A DNA stretch of 64,000 bases from an uncultured Thermoplasmatales archaeon (lineage in GTDB: Archaea; Thermoplasmatota; E2; DHVEG-1): positions 2,268-66,267 of the forward strand of contig CAZQXW010000007.1 of assembly GCA_964597365.1 (NCBI GenBank), read 5' to 3'. Under the pieces are notes generated by a model. It saw nothing but the letters and a program-made list of their open reading frames with translations, had not been told where the DNA came from and ran no database searches. Below, piece after piece: positions 63,813 through 64,000 of the stretch. The first letter of the stretch is position 1. Every line of letters begins with the position of its first letter. The position numbers were made by a program, and so were the translations under genes.

Positions 63813-64000
63813 CTACTGGTCGGATTTAGTTGCCGTTATGTTTGGTGCCTGAAGCGTTGGCTTTGCTGACGTTATATCCAACGCCCGATTCTCTATTACT
63901 GTCAGTATAACATGAATAGTGTCTGAACCAATTCCCTGCTCTACTTTCGAAGCAATGATGGCTCCCACCGTTTCGATTACTGCTTGATCAAAACCCTCTC
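63813..64000 (-). CDS. 3' end of CDS truncated by window edge
   Basis: Open frame ending TAG at 63813-63815. Confidence 0.5.
   Translation of the reverse strand, partial: EGFDQAVIETVGAIIASKVEQGIGSDTIHVILTVIENRALDITSAKPTLQAPNITATKSDQ

Noticed and set aside
1-64000. Alternative genetic code
   Set aside because: Conserved genes are intact in code 11 and TAA, TAG and TGA all terminate genes.

Overview
A 64 kb segment of a large contractile-tailed dsDNA phage (myovirus-type Caudoviricetes). Essentially every credible gene is on the minus strand. In transcription order (high to low coordinates): head-tail joining, sheath, tube, chaperone, tape measure, baseplate and two paralogous fibre genes (64-44 kb); holin plus two overprinted coiled-coil spanin-like genes (43.9-42.9 kb); a long replication/recombination operon (sigma factor, initiator with internal origin-like inverted repeat, loader, DnaB, primase, DUF3102 protein, FtsZ/tubulin-family GTPase, SSB, RecA, Mre11/Rad50, helicase, RuvC, 5'-3' exonuclease, UDG-fused PolA; 42.8-21.5 kb); terminase and a C39-like peptidase (21.5-17.8 kb); and an early/accessory region (17.6-0 kb) driven by two duplicated consensus sigma70 promoters. 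No portal, major capsid, integrase, CRISPR array or complete tRNA was seen. The most striking unexplained structure is in 8.4-17.6 kb: about 14 gene junctions carry a stop codon / stable-tetraloop hairpin / second hairpin / strong Shine-Dalgarno (SD; mostly ACGGAGG) / ATG module. Six copies are clearly homologous with compensatory base changes, and the two promoters have homologous GGA-rich structured leaders. A second candidate system is tubulin + DUF3102 DNA-binding protein + a 24-bp palindrome found both inside the DUF3102 gene and just upstream of the replication-operon promoter. All family assignments come from motif recognition by eye; no database searches were run.
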